Part shown: positions 38,372 to 47,013 of the stretch, piece after piece
Layout: the number at the start of each line of letters is the position of its first letter
Position numbering within the stretch: position 1 is the first letter of the stretch
DNA from: Marinobacterium zhoushanense
GTDB lineage: Bacteria; Pseudomonadota; Gammaproteobacteria; Pseudomonadales; Balneatricaceae
Reading direction: 5' to 3'
Assembly: GCF_014641945.1 (NCBI RefSeq)
Contig: NZ_BMIJ01000005.1
Span: 222,718-286,717, forward strand
DNA length: 64,000 nt
Translations under genes and position numbers: made by a program
Notes under the pieces: model-generated
The model's database searches: none
Told to the model about the DNA's origin: nothing
The model's input: the letters and a program-made list of their open reading frames with translations, nothing else

Positions 38372-38788
38372 ATGGCGCTGGCAAATGAAATGGAAGTTGA
38401 GGCTTTTGCCCAATGTCTGACCGAATGTGCCGATGCAATTCATGAGCGTATCAAGGCGGCGATAAAAAACCGCGAGATTGAACGGGATCAAGCGCAGTCG
38501 ATGTTTCAGGAGGAGAGCCTGCTGCGTCAGCGCGCCAACGGGTTATACATCGACGCCGCCAATTCTGTCGTGGCGGGGCTGACAGAGCCGCAAGACGCTC
38601 TGCTCGCTGCAATCGATAACGCCAACGACCGGATTCAGCAGATAAAAGAGATCGCCGGTTTTATCGACCTGGTGACCGATCTTGCGGTATTGGCAGCAGC
38701 GGTCAGCGCGGCAAAACCCGCGCCGATACTGGCGGCACTGAAGGAAGTGAAAGAAGACGTCGACGCCGTGAACAGTCAGCATTCCTGA
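38372..38788 (+). CDS. Hypothetical 138-aa helical protein co-transcribed with the lipoprotein
   Basis: 26-nt gap from the lipoprotein gene; no family recognised. Confidence 0.4.
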   Translation: MALANEMEVEAFAQCLTECADAIHERIKAAIKNREIERDQAQSMFQEESLLRQRANGLYIDAANSVVAGLTEPQDALLAAIDNANDRIQQIKEIAGFIDLVTDLAVLAAAVSAAKPAPILAALKEVKEDVDAVNSQHS

Positions 38789-38845
38789 TCCTCCGCTGTG
38801 GTGTTTCACCAGAAGCCCAGCGCTGGGCAATAGGAGGTAACCGGT

Positions 38846-39427
38846 ATGAATGCCAAGGTTGAAGCGTTTTTGAGTAAAGCCGACAAATGGCAGCAGGAGC
38901 TCGAGAGGCTCAGAGCCATTGTGCTCGATTGCCGGCTGGATGAAGGACTCAAATGGGGTAAACCCTGCTATTCGGTTGAGGACAGGAACGTCGTCTTGAT
39001 CCATGGGTTCAAGGATTACTGTGCGTTGCTGTTTATGAAAGGCGCCTTGCTGAAGGATGCCGAGGGGCTGCTGGTGGCGCAGACAGAGAATGTGCAGTCG
39101 GCACGTCAGATCCGCTTCACCAGCGTTGCAGAAATAGAGGCGATGGCACCCACCTTGAAGCGCTATATCGATGAAGCGATTGAGGTGGAAAGGTCCGGAC
39201 GGAAGGTGGCGTTCAAGCAGACTGACGAGTTCGATGTTCCGGAGGAGTTGCAGGAGAGGTTTGACCGAGACCCCGCCTTCAAGTCGGCGTTTGAAGCCTT
39301 AACACCGGGACGGCAGAGGGGCTATCTGCTCTATTTTTCCACCGCCAAGCAGTCGAAAACACGCGAGATGCGGATCGAGAGGTCCAGGCAGAAGATTATC
39401 GAGGGCAAGGGCCCGAGCGATCGCTGA
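38846..39427 (+). CDS. DUF1801 / YdeI-like (bacteriocin-protection, OmpD-associated family) protein
   Basis: 193 aa with the DUF1801 N-terminal region and a YdeI-like C-terminal region (…GRQRGYLLYFSTAKQSKTR…). Confidence 0.55.
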   Translation: MNAKVEAFLSKADKWQQELERLRAIVLDCRLDEGLKWGKPCYSVEDRNVVLIHGFKDYCALLFMKGALLKDAEGLLVAQTENVQSARQIRFTSVAEIEAMAPTLKRYIDEAIEVERSGRKVAFKQTDEFDVPEELQERFDRDPAFKSAFEALTPGRQRGYLLYFSTAKQSKTREMRIERSRQKIIEGKGPSDR

Positions 39428-39471
39428 TCAAGCCGCATTCTGGACGGCACGGGTGTGGTGTGACTGAGGTG

Positions 39472-40131
39472 TTATCCCAGCCCCTCCTGCACCGCCCAGA
39501 CCGCCACCTCGACTCGCGACTTCAACCCCAGCTTCTTCAGCAGGTGTTTCACGTGCACCTTCACCGTACCCTCGGTGATGCTCAGTTTGCGGGCGATGAT
39601 CTTGTTCGACATGCCGCCGGCGATCAGCTTGATGATCTGCTTCTCGCGCGGGGTCAGGGTGTCGATATCCGGGCCCTTGCGGCTACGGTTGTTCTGCAGT
39701 GCCTGGGCCAGCAGGGTGGTGAGACGGTCGCTGATCACCATTTTGCCGAGCGCGGCCTGGTTCAGGTTGGCGAGCAGATCTTCCGGCTCCATATCCTTGA
39801 GCAGGTAGCCGTCGGCACCGGCCTTCAGCGCGGCGACCACATCCTCTTCGTTGTCGGACACGGTGAACACCACCACCCGCGATCCGACACCGGCTTCACG
39901 CAGCATCTTCAGGCACTCGATGCCGTTGATCTCCGGCATGTTCAGGTCCAGCAGGATCAGGTCCGGCTCCAGAGCGTCGGCCTTGGCGACCCCCTCCTCG
40001 GCGCTACTGGCCTCACCGACCACCTCCAGTTCGTCGTCAAGGGCGATCAGCTGCTTGACCCCGGTGCGCAGCAGGGGATGGTCGTCGATCAGCAGGATGG
40101 AGGCGGGGGCGGTGTTGCTCATCTCGGTCAT
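39472..40131 (-). CDS. narL: Nitrate/nitrite response regulator NarL
   Basis: Near-collinear match to E. coli NarL ([18 protein letters not shown]…[16 protein letters not shown]…SRVEVAVW). Confidence 0.9.
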   Translation of the reverse strand: MTEMSNTAPASILLIDDHPLLRTGVKQLIALDDELEVVGEASSAEEGVAKADALEPDLILLDLNMPEINGIECLKMLREAGVGSRVVVFTVSDNEEDVVAALKAGADGYLLKDMEPEDLLANLNQAALGKMVISDRLTTLLAQALQNNRSRKGPDIDTLTPREKQIIKLIAGGMSNKIIARKLSITEGTVKVHVKHLLKKLGLKSRVEVAVWAVQEGLG

Positions 40132-40162
40132 GGGGCTGCTCGCTTCTTGGTTTGCAACAAAG

Positions 40163-41983
40163 TTAAGACTGCTTGGGTTTAAATGTCATCAAAACACAGG
40201 TACCGCTGGGCTCACGGTTATCCACACTCAGATCGCCGCTCAGGGTATGGGTACGGTCGCGCATAATCAGCAGGCCGTAGTGACCCTGGTTCTCCAGCGA
40301 GGGCGGCAGACCGACGCCGTTATCCTCCACCCGCACCTCTACCCGTTCGCCGGACTGAGTAACCTGAACCGTTACCTCGCTGGCCTGGCTGTGCTTGACC
40401 ACGTTGGCCAGGGCCTCGCGCACCAGTTGCAGCACGTGGATCTCCTCGTTGGCGGTCAGGCTCTGATGGTGCAGGCTGTATTTCAGCGGGATGTCGAAAC
40501 CGAGGCGGTCGGAGAACTCCTTGACCGTGGACTCCAGCGCCGGTTGCAGGCCGGGTTGGTCCAGGGTCAGGCGGAAGGTGGTGAGCAGCTCGCGCAACTG
40601 GCGGTAGGCGTTGTTCAGCCCCTCCTTGAGCTCGGCGACCACATCGTCAATCTGCTCTTCGTCACGTTTCTGTTTGCGCAGGATCTGCAGGCGACCCACC
40701 TGCATCTTCAGGTAGGAGAGCGACTGTGCCAGGGAGTCGTGCAGTTCGCGGGCGATCACAGCGCGTTCCTCCATCAGCGACATGTGCTGCTCCTGGCTGG
40801 CCTTCAACTCCAGCGACAGCACGATGGCCAGGTTTTCCACCAGTGTGCGGAGCAACGCTGTCTGCTCCTGACCCAAGGGTTGCGTGGGCAGGAAGTTGAC
40901 TTTGAACTCGCCGAAATAGGCTTCCCGGGTTTGGATCGGCAGTGTGATCGAGTCGTGTAGACGGTTATCCGGCTCCGGCACTATGCAGTCGTTGCAGTCG
41001 GAGTTTTTGCAGTCGGCCGGCCGCTCCAGCAGTTGGGTAGTCAACTGACGATAGCTCAGGCGGTGGTGCGGATCGCACAGCGTGACCTCGATCGGCCCGA
41101 CGGCCAGAACATCCTCCAGCTCCTTCATGATCGGCATCAGGCGGCGGCAGATATCCTCGTTGCGGTTGAAACGTCGGGTGGCGTTGTAGAGCAGTTGCAG
41201 ACTCTTGTTGGATTCGCGCAGCTCGGCGGTTTTTCTCTGCACCCGGTTTTCCAGGTCGGCGTAGATCTTCGACAACTCCTCGGCCATATGGTTGAAGGTG
41301 GTGCCCAGCAGGCCCAGTTCGTCGTCGCTACGGTAGTGCACACGGGTGTCGAGCTTACCCTGGCCGGCATCGCGGGCCACGTTGAGCAGCTGGGCCAGGG
41401 GCTCGACCACGTTGGACTTGATGTCGTACATGGCGATGAAGATGATCATCACGGTCATGAACAGGCTGATCCCCTGGATCAGGCTGAGCAGCTTGATCTT
41501 CGATTCGGTGCTCTCCTCAAGCAGATGCACCATCTGGTCGATGCGGGGGACGAAATTCTCCAGTTGGCGCAGATAGGCCGAGTGGTCGGGGCTGTCGGTG
41601 AGGATCGCCGCCTTCAGCGCGGGCTGGAAGTTGTCGCGCCATTCGTCGACCAGCGTGGTGTAGGCCAGTCGCAACTGTTGCTGGTCATCCTTGGGCAGCA
41701 CATTGGTCAGGATCGGGTCGTTGATACGGCGGTCGAACTCGCCAATAGAGGTGAGCACCTTGTCGCGGCTGGTCTCGCTGCCCTCGCTGGCGTGCTGCTG
41801 GGTCTCGGCGATGATGCGGTAGGACATCATGCGCAGCGAGCCGGCCAGGTTGATTCCGGCGGCATCGCCCTGAGTGCTTTCCGCCACGATGACCGAGCTG
41901 ATCATACTGATCAGCGCCATCAGGCTGATGGCGAACATCGCCGTGCCCAGTCGGGTAATGATCGATTGCCTGAGGATCTTCAT
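40163..41983 (-). CDS. narX: Nitrate/nitrite sensor histidine kinase NarX
   Basis: Two TM segments flanking a periplasmic P-box-like region; HAMP; H-box ([11 protein letters not shown]) and HATPase domain; directly upstream of narL. Confidence 0.9.
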   Translation of the reverse strand: MKILRQSIITRLGTAMFAISLMALISMISSVIVAESTQGDAAGINLAGSLRMMSYRIIAETQQHASEGSETSRDKVLTSIGEFDRRINDPILTNVLPKDDQQQLRLAYTTLVDEWRDNFQPALKAAILTDSPDHSAYLRQLENFVPRIDQMVHLLEESTESKIKLLSLIQGISLFMTVMIIFIAMYDIKSNVVEPLAQLLNVARDAGQGKLDTRVHYRSDDELGLLGTTFNHMAEELSKIYADLENRVQRKTAELRESNKSLQLLYNATRRFNRNEDICRRLMPIMKELEDVLAVGPIEVTLCDPHHRLSYRQLTTQLLERPADCKNSDCNDCIVPEPDNRLHDSITLPIQTREAYFGEFKVNFLPTQPLGQEQTALLRTLVENLAIVLSLELKASQEQHMSLMEERAVIARELHDSLAQSLSYLKMQVGRLQILRKQKRDEEQIDDVVAELKEGLNNAYRQLRELLTTFRLTLDQPGLQPALESTVKEFSDRLGFDIPLKYSLHHQSLTANEEIHVLQLVREALANVVKHSQASEVTVQVTQSGERVEVRVEDNGVGLPPSLENQGHYGLLIMRDRTHTLSGDLSVDNREPSGTCVLMTFKPKQS

Positions 41984-42107
41984 CGTTGCACTCCGTCGAG
42001 CCGCGCGGGGTTACTCACAAAGAATCGCGTAACGGCTAGCGTTTTTTCCACACCTTGCGTCAGACGTGGAAAATATAAGTTAAAACAGTCTGTTACAAAG
42101 AAAAGAA

Positions 42108-42130
42108 GTGGTACCACCTTAGTGGTATGG
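42108..42130. promoter_or_regulatory. Conserved promoter motif GTGGTACCACCTTAGTGGTATGG (candidate NarL site), ~35 nt upstream of an FNR box
   Basis: 18/20 identical to the motif upstream of narG (46748-46767); contains the palindrome GTGGTACCAC and TACCAC-type heptamers. Confidence 0.45.
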
Positions 42131-42164
42131 GCTGAAATGGTTAACTTTTTCAGCCAGTTATACG

Positions 42165-42178
42165 TTGATGCGCGTCAA
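42165..42178. promoter_or_regulatory. Candidate FNR box (TTGAT-N4-GTCAA) upstream of narK1
   Basis: ~62 nt upstream of the narK1 start. Confidence 0.45.
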
Positions 42179-42239
42179 TATCCGGGGATCGGTCCGGGTT
42201 TAGGTTTGGCTCAAATCGTCAGACCCGAATCGTATCACG

Positions 42240-43526
42240 ATGACCCAGACTACTCAGAAACAGATCTCCGCATTGGTCATGAGCACCCTGGTGTTCGCGG
42301 CCTGCTTTGCGACCTGGACGCTGATCTCGGTTATCGGTCTGCAAATAAAACATGAATTGCAGCTCAGTGAAACCGAGTTTGGTGTACTGGTGGCGACGCC
42401 GATCCTCAGCGGTGCCTTGGCGCGCCTTCCACTGGGTTTGCTGGCCGAGCGGCTGGGCGGTCATGCGTTGCTGGCCGTGCTAGTGCTGCTGGTCAGCGTG
42501 CCGCTCTACCTGTTTTCCCAGGCGCACAGCTACTGGCAGTATCTGGCACTGGGGTTATGCATCGGTCTGGTGGGTGGCAGTTTCGCCATCGGTATCCACT
42601 ATGTTTCCTCCTGGGCCTCGCGCGACAACCAGGGGCTGGCGATGGGGATCTTCGGTGCCGGCAACCTGGGCGCGGCGCTGACCAACCTGATCGCGCCGCT
42701 GATCATCATCGCCTACGGCTGGCGCATGGCCCCAATCGCCTACGCTTTCGTGCTGGTGCTGCTGGCGCTGCTGTTCTGGCTGCTGACCCAGGATGATCCG
42801 ATGCATCAGTCCCGCAGTCGCCGCGCGGAGCCCTCACTGACCGAGATGCTGATGCCGTTACTGGACCCACGGGTGTGGCGCTTCGGTCTGTACTACTTCT
42901 TCGTGTTCGGCGGCTACGTGGCGCTGGCGCTCTGGCTGCCTGACTACTACGTCCACCATTACGGTCTGGACCTGAAAAACGCCTCTTTCCTGACCCTGCT
43001 GTTTACCGTACCCGGCGCCCTGACCCGGGTGATCGGCGGCTGGTGCGCCGACCGCCTTGGTGCGCGGCGGGTCAACTGGAGCGTGTTCTGGGTCTGCCTG
43101 GTCTGTCTTTTCTTCCTCTCCTACCCACCCACCACCATGACCATTCATGGCATCGACGGCGACATCACGTTCCTGCTCGAGATGCCGGTCTGGCTGTTTA
43201 CTGTGCTGATCATGGTGATGGGTGTGGCGATGGGGTTCGGAAAAGCCGGGGTGTTCCGCACCGTCTACGACTACTACCCGGATCGCATGGGTACGGTCGG
43301 CGGCGCTGTGGGGTTGCTCGGTGCGATCGGCGGATTCGTACTGCCGATCAGTTTTGGTCTGGTAACGGACCTGTTCGGCGTACGCAGCTCCTGTTTCATG
43401 CTGCTCTACGGCCTGTTGGCGCTGTGCATGATCACCATGTACTACGGCATCTCGGTCCAGGAGAAGCAGAACCGGTTGCAGGAGGCGATACGCACCAACT
43501 TTTTGAAGGAGAACCTGGATGCCTGA
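42240..43526 (+). CDS. narK: NarK1-type MFS nitrate/nitrite transporter
   Basis: 428 aa, 12 TM MFS with NarK signature. Confidence 0.85.
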   Translation: MTQTTQKQISALVMSTLVFAACFATWTLISVIGLQIKHELQLSETEFGVLVATPILSGALARLPLGLLAERLGGHALLAVLVLLVSVPLYLFSQAHSYWQYLALGLCIGLVGGSFAIGIHYVSSWASRDNQGLAMGIFGAGNLGAALTNLIAPLIIIAYGWRMAPIAYAFVLVLLALLFWLLTQDDPMHQSRSRRAEPSLTEMLMPLLDPRVWRFGLYYFFVFGGYVALALWLPDYYVHHYGLDLKNASFLTLLFTVPGALTRVIGGWCADRLGARRVNWSVFWVCLVCLFFLSYPPTTMTIHGIDGDITFLLEMPVWLFTVLIMVMGVAMGFGKAGVFRTVYDYYPDRMGTVGGAVGLLGAIGGFVLPISFGLVTDLFGVRSSCFMLLYGLLALCMITMYYGISVQEKQNRLQEAIRTNFLKENLDA

Positions 43527-43640
43527 CCAGAGCGGCAACCGTCCGCTTCCCCGACCGGCCGATACGCGGCTTCGGGGCGGGTTCGACGTCAAGATCAGTC
43601 GGGCGTCAGGCGCCCGCTGCTTCAGCCTGGAGTGTGAGTC

Positions 43641-45245
43641 ATGTCCGATATAGTGAATTGGGATGTCGAGAACACCAAGTTCTGGGAGGACGAAGGCAAA
43701 AAAGTGGCGAACCGCAACCTGTGGATCTCGATCCCCAGCCTGTTGTGCGGCTTCGCTGTCTGGTTGTACTGGGGCATCATCACCGTGCAGATGTTGAACC
43801 TGGGCTTCCCCTTCGCCAAAGCAGAACTCTTTACCCTGGCCGGCATCGCCGGTTTGACGGGGGCAACGCTGCGTATTCCGAGCAGCTTTTTTATCCGCAT
43901 TGCCGGCGGACGCAATACCATCTTCTTCACCACGGCGCTGCTGATGGTGCCCGCCATCGGCACCGGTATGGCGCTGCAGGACAAGGACACGCCGTTGTGG
44001 ATCTTCCAGCTGCTGGCGTTCCTGTCCGGTATCGGCGGCGGTAACTTCGCCTCCTCCATGTCCAACATCAGCTTCTTCTTCCCGAAACGCCAGCAGGGGC
44101 TGGCGCTGGGTCTGAACGCGGGGCTGGGCAACGCCGGGGTGACCACCATGCAGATCCTGGTGCCGCTGGTGATGACCTTCGGTATCTTCGGCGGCACGCC
44201 GATGATCCTGGAGAACACCTCCGGCACGCTGATCGGCAAGATTCCGGCAGGCTCCGAAACCTATATCCACAACGCCGGTTACGTCTGGCTGCTGATCCTG
44301 GTGCCGCTGGCGGTGATGAGCTGGTTCGGCATGAACAACATCAAGACCGACGCCGTGTCGCCCGATGTGGGCAGTGCCACCGGCGCCATGGGCAAGGTGG
44401 CGGGGCTGCTGCTGATCGGCTTCTGCACCGCCGCCGCCGGTCTCTACATCATCCTGCCGGCGCCGACCGGCCTGGGCGCGCCGGACTGGGCCAAGTGGCC
44501 GGTGATCGCCGGTATCCTGTTCATGACCGTGGTGCTGATGAAGATGGTGCCGGGCGATATCAAGCCCAACCTGCAGCGCCAGTTCAAGATCTTCAGCAAC
44601 AAACACACCTGGATCATGAGCGTGATCTACACCATGACCTTCGGTAGCTTCATCGGCTACTCCGCCGGTTTCGCACTGGCGATCAAGGTGGTGTTCGGCT
44701 ATCAGCACCTGATGGTCGATGGCGTGCTGACCCACAACACGGTTAACGCCGCCGGTCCGTCGGCACTGATGTACGCCTGGATGGGGCCGTTCATCGGCGC
44801 CCTGATTCGCCCGGTAGGTGGTTGGATCGCCGATAAGGTGGGCGGTGCCAAGGTGACCCAGATCGTCGCCGTCATCATGATCGCGAGCGCCCTGGGGGTG
44901 GCCTACTTCCTCAAGCAGGCCTATCAGTCCGCCACGCCGGAGGAGTTCTTCCTGCCCTTCCTGATCCTGTTCCTGGTGCTGTTCGCCGCCACCGGTATCG
45001 GTAACGGCTCCACCTTCCGCACCATCGCCATGGTGTTCGACAAGGAGCAGGCCGGTCCTGCTCTGGGCTGGACCTCGGCGGTGGCCGCCTACGGCGCCTT
45101 CGTCATCCCACAGGTGTTCGGCGAGCAGATCAAGCTGGCGACACCAGAGAACGCCCTGTACGGCTTTGCCGTCTTCTATCTGGTCTGCCTGGTGCTGAAC
45201 TGGTGGTACTACCTGGGGCCGAAGGCGGAGTACAAGAATCCGTAA
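43641..45245 (+). CDS. narK: NarK2-type MFS nitrate/nitrite transporter (long form)
   Basis: 534 aa MFS, second NarK paralog in a narK1-narK2 tandem as in Pseudomonas. Confidence 0.85.
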   Translation: MSDIVNWDVENTKFWEDEGKKVANRNLWISIPSLLCGFAVWLYWGIITVQMLNLGFPFAKAELFTLAGIAGLTGATLRIPSSFFIRIAGGRNTIFFTTALLMVPAIGTGMALQDKDTPLWIFQLLAFLSGIGGGNFASSMSNISFFFPKRQQGLALGLNAGLGNAGVTTMQILVPLVMTFGIFGGTPMILENTSGTLIGKIPAGSETYIHNAGYVWLLILVPLAVMSWFGMNNIKTDAVSPDVGSATGAMGKVAGLLLIGFCTAAAGLYIILPAPTGLGAPDWAKWPVIAGILFMTVVLMKMVPGDIKPNLQRQFKIFSNKHTWIMSVIYTMTFGSFIGYSAGFALAIKVVFGYQHLMVDGVLTHNTVNAAGPSALMYAWMGPFIGALIRPVGGWIADKVGGAKVTQIVAVIMIASALGVAYFLKQAYQSATPEEFFLPFLILFLVLFAATGIGNGSTFRTIAMVFDKEQAGPALGWTSAVAAYGAFVIPQVFGEQIKLATPENALYGFAVFYLVCLVLNWWYYLGPKAEYKNP

Positions 45246-45274
45246 TCGATGTGACTCGAGTTACTGAGCAGATT

Positions 45275-45299
45275 GCGGGGCCAGACGCCCCGCTTTTTT
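45275..45299 (+). terminator. Rho-independent terminator after narK2
   Basis: GCGGGGC-cagac-GCCCCGC hairpin followed by TTTTTT. Confidence 0.6.
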
Positions 45300-45371
45300 G
45301 TACAGGGATGTACTTATCCCGCGAGCGCATGGATGCGCAAGAGCGGGATTTGCAGGATGCGTAAGATGTAG

Positions 45372-46514
45372 TTATCTAACGGGCTGATACCGGCAACCGT
45401 TAAACGCCGCGAACTCGCTGATCGCCTCATCCAGCCGCGGGGCGAAGTCCACCTTATCCACAGTCGGGTCCTCGATATGCAGGCTCAGCACCTCAAACCG
45501 CTGCTCGGCGCGGTGCGCCTTGCAGTCGATACGGCCGACAAAGCGGTCTCCCATCAGGATCGGCAGGCAGAAATAGCCGTATACCCGCTTGGCCGCCGGC
45601 AGGTAGCACTCCAGTCGGTAGTCGAAGCCGAACAGTCCGCTCAGGCGTTCACGATGGATCAGCGCATTGTCGAACGGCGACAGCAGCTTTACACGGTCGG
45701 TCTTCGGGGCCGCGGAGGTGGTGTCCAGAGCTCCGGCGTCGACATAGCAGTCGGGTAGCGCGGGATCTTCAACCTTGACGAGTGTGCCGCTTTCGATGCG
45801 CTCGGTCAGTACGTCACGCATTGCGGCCTTCAAAGGCTTGCCGGTCTTCAGGTGCAGCAGCTGTTTCCAGGTAACCAGACCGTGGGCGCGCACTGTGCTC
45901 TCCAGCAGATAGGACGCGTACTCATGCGGTGTGGGCTCACGCAGATCCAGGTCGGCAGGCAGGATACGTTCGGCCAGGTCATAGATCTTCTCCATGCCGT
46001 TGCGCTCGCGCACCATCAAATCGCCCTGCATGAACAGCTTGTCCAGTGCCCGCCGCCCCGGCCCCCAGTTCCACCAACTGCCCTGCTTGCTGCGGCCGGT
46101 GTCGACAGAGCGTACGCTCAGTGGACCTTCCTCACGCACTCGGTCGAGGATCTCCCGCATCATCCGGGTATCGATATTCGTGAAATAGGGGTGCTCGCCG
46201 GTGCGGATCGCATTCATCCGCGGCAGCGCAAAACGGTAGTCACGCATCGGCAGGTAGGAGGCGGCGTGAAACCAGTATTCGAAGATCTGCCGCTCGGCGA
46301 GCAGTCGGTTCAAGTGACTCGGCTGGTAATCCGGTACCCGGGCCCAGAGGGTGTGGTGATGCGCGCGCTCCACCACCGACAGGGCATCGATCTGCACATA
46401 GCCCAGGTGTTCGATCGCCTGGCGGGTCCCATGCAGGCCGCTACCAAAGGGTTGTGCCTGGGTGAGTCCTTGTCTGGTCAGCGCTAATTGTCGCCAATGC
46501 AGATGAGCCATCAT
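45372..46514 (-). CDS. Winged-helix DNA-binding domain protein, YcaQ/AlkZ-like (crosslink-repair DNA glycosylase family)
   Basis: 380-aa ORF resembling the YcaQ family along its length. Confidence 0.6.
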   Translation of the reverse strand: MMAHLHWRQLALTRQGLTQAQPFGSGLHGTRQAIEHLGYVQIDALSVVERAHHHTLWARVPDYQPSHLNRLLAERQIFEYWFHAASYLPMRDYRFALPRMNAIRTGEHPYFTNIDTRMMREILDRVREEGPLSVRSVDTGRSKQGSWWNWGPGRRALDKLFMQGDLMVRERNGMEKIYDLAERILPADLDLREPTPHEYASYLLESTVRAHGLVTWKQLLHLKTGKPLKAAMRDVLTERIESGTLVKVEDPALPDCYVDAGALDTTSAAPKTDRVKLLSPFDNALIHRERLSGLFGFDYRLECYLPAAKRVYGYFCLPILMGDRFVGRIDCKAHRAEQRFEVLSLHIEDPTVDKVDFAPRLDEAISEFAAFNGCRYQPVR

Positions 46515-46747
46515 CTTGGTCCTTAACCTGAGCGGTTCATGGTAGAAGATCGGGCTGTTCCCGAACAGCTTCGTGACTGATAGTCCTCATGCCTGAGCAG
46601 CCCAAGCAGGGGGAGTGGAGGGCATTCAGAAGTGTGTATTGATCGGGATACCTATAAAGACCTGCAGGGTAAAAATCGAATCCCTCTTCACCTTATCTGT
46701 CACATATAAACACTTTAAAAAACATATCATTAGATGTGATTCGGGTT

Positions 46748-46767
46748 GGTATCACTTTAGTGGTATA
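46748..46767. promoter_or_regulatory. Conserved promoter motif TGGTATCACTTTAGTGGTAT (candidate NarL site) upstream of narG
   Basis: Shares GGTA(T/C)CAC(T/C)TTAGTGGTAT with the narK1 promoter; 36 nt upstream of an FNR box; a TACCTAT heptamer also at 46649-46655. Confidence 0.45.
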
Positions 46768-46802
46768 TGCCATTTTGCACGCCTAGCGCCCCTTTTCCAG
46801 CG

Positions 46803-46816
46803 TTGACCCAGATCAA
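46803..46816. promoter_or_regulatory. Candidate FNR box (TTGAC-N4-ATCAA) upstream of narG
   Basis: One mismatch to consensus; ~200 nt upstream of the narG ATG. Confidence 0.5.
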
Positions 46817-47013
46817 CATCGGTTGGCCGCCGCTGCCGTACTTTCACTCCCACACAGTAAACCGCAGGACGCACTGCAACGAGGTAGTGCGCCCCCGCGA
46901 GCAGACCAGCAAAGGCCGGTTAGCGCCGGGGTTACCCGACAGGCCGGAAAATCCAGAGGGATACATCGCCGTGATGAATCCTGTCCTGAGCAAGAGGTTT
47001 CAGGAGACCTAAT

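Noticed and set aside
46755-46790. Possible sigma54 promoter TGGTAT…TTGCA upstream of narG
   Set aside because: The GG-to-GC spacing is off by 3 nt from the -24/-12 consensus; more likely part of the NarL-like motif.
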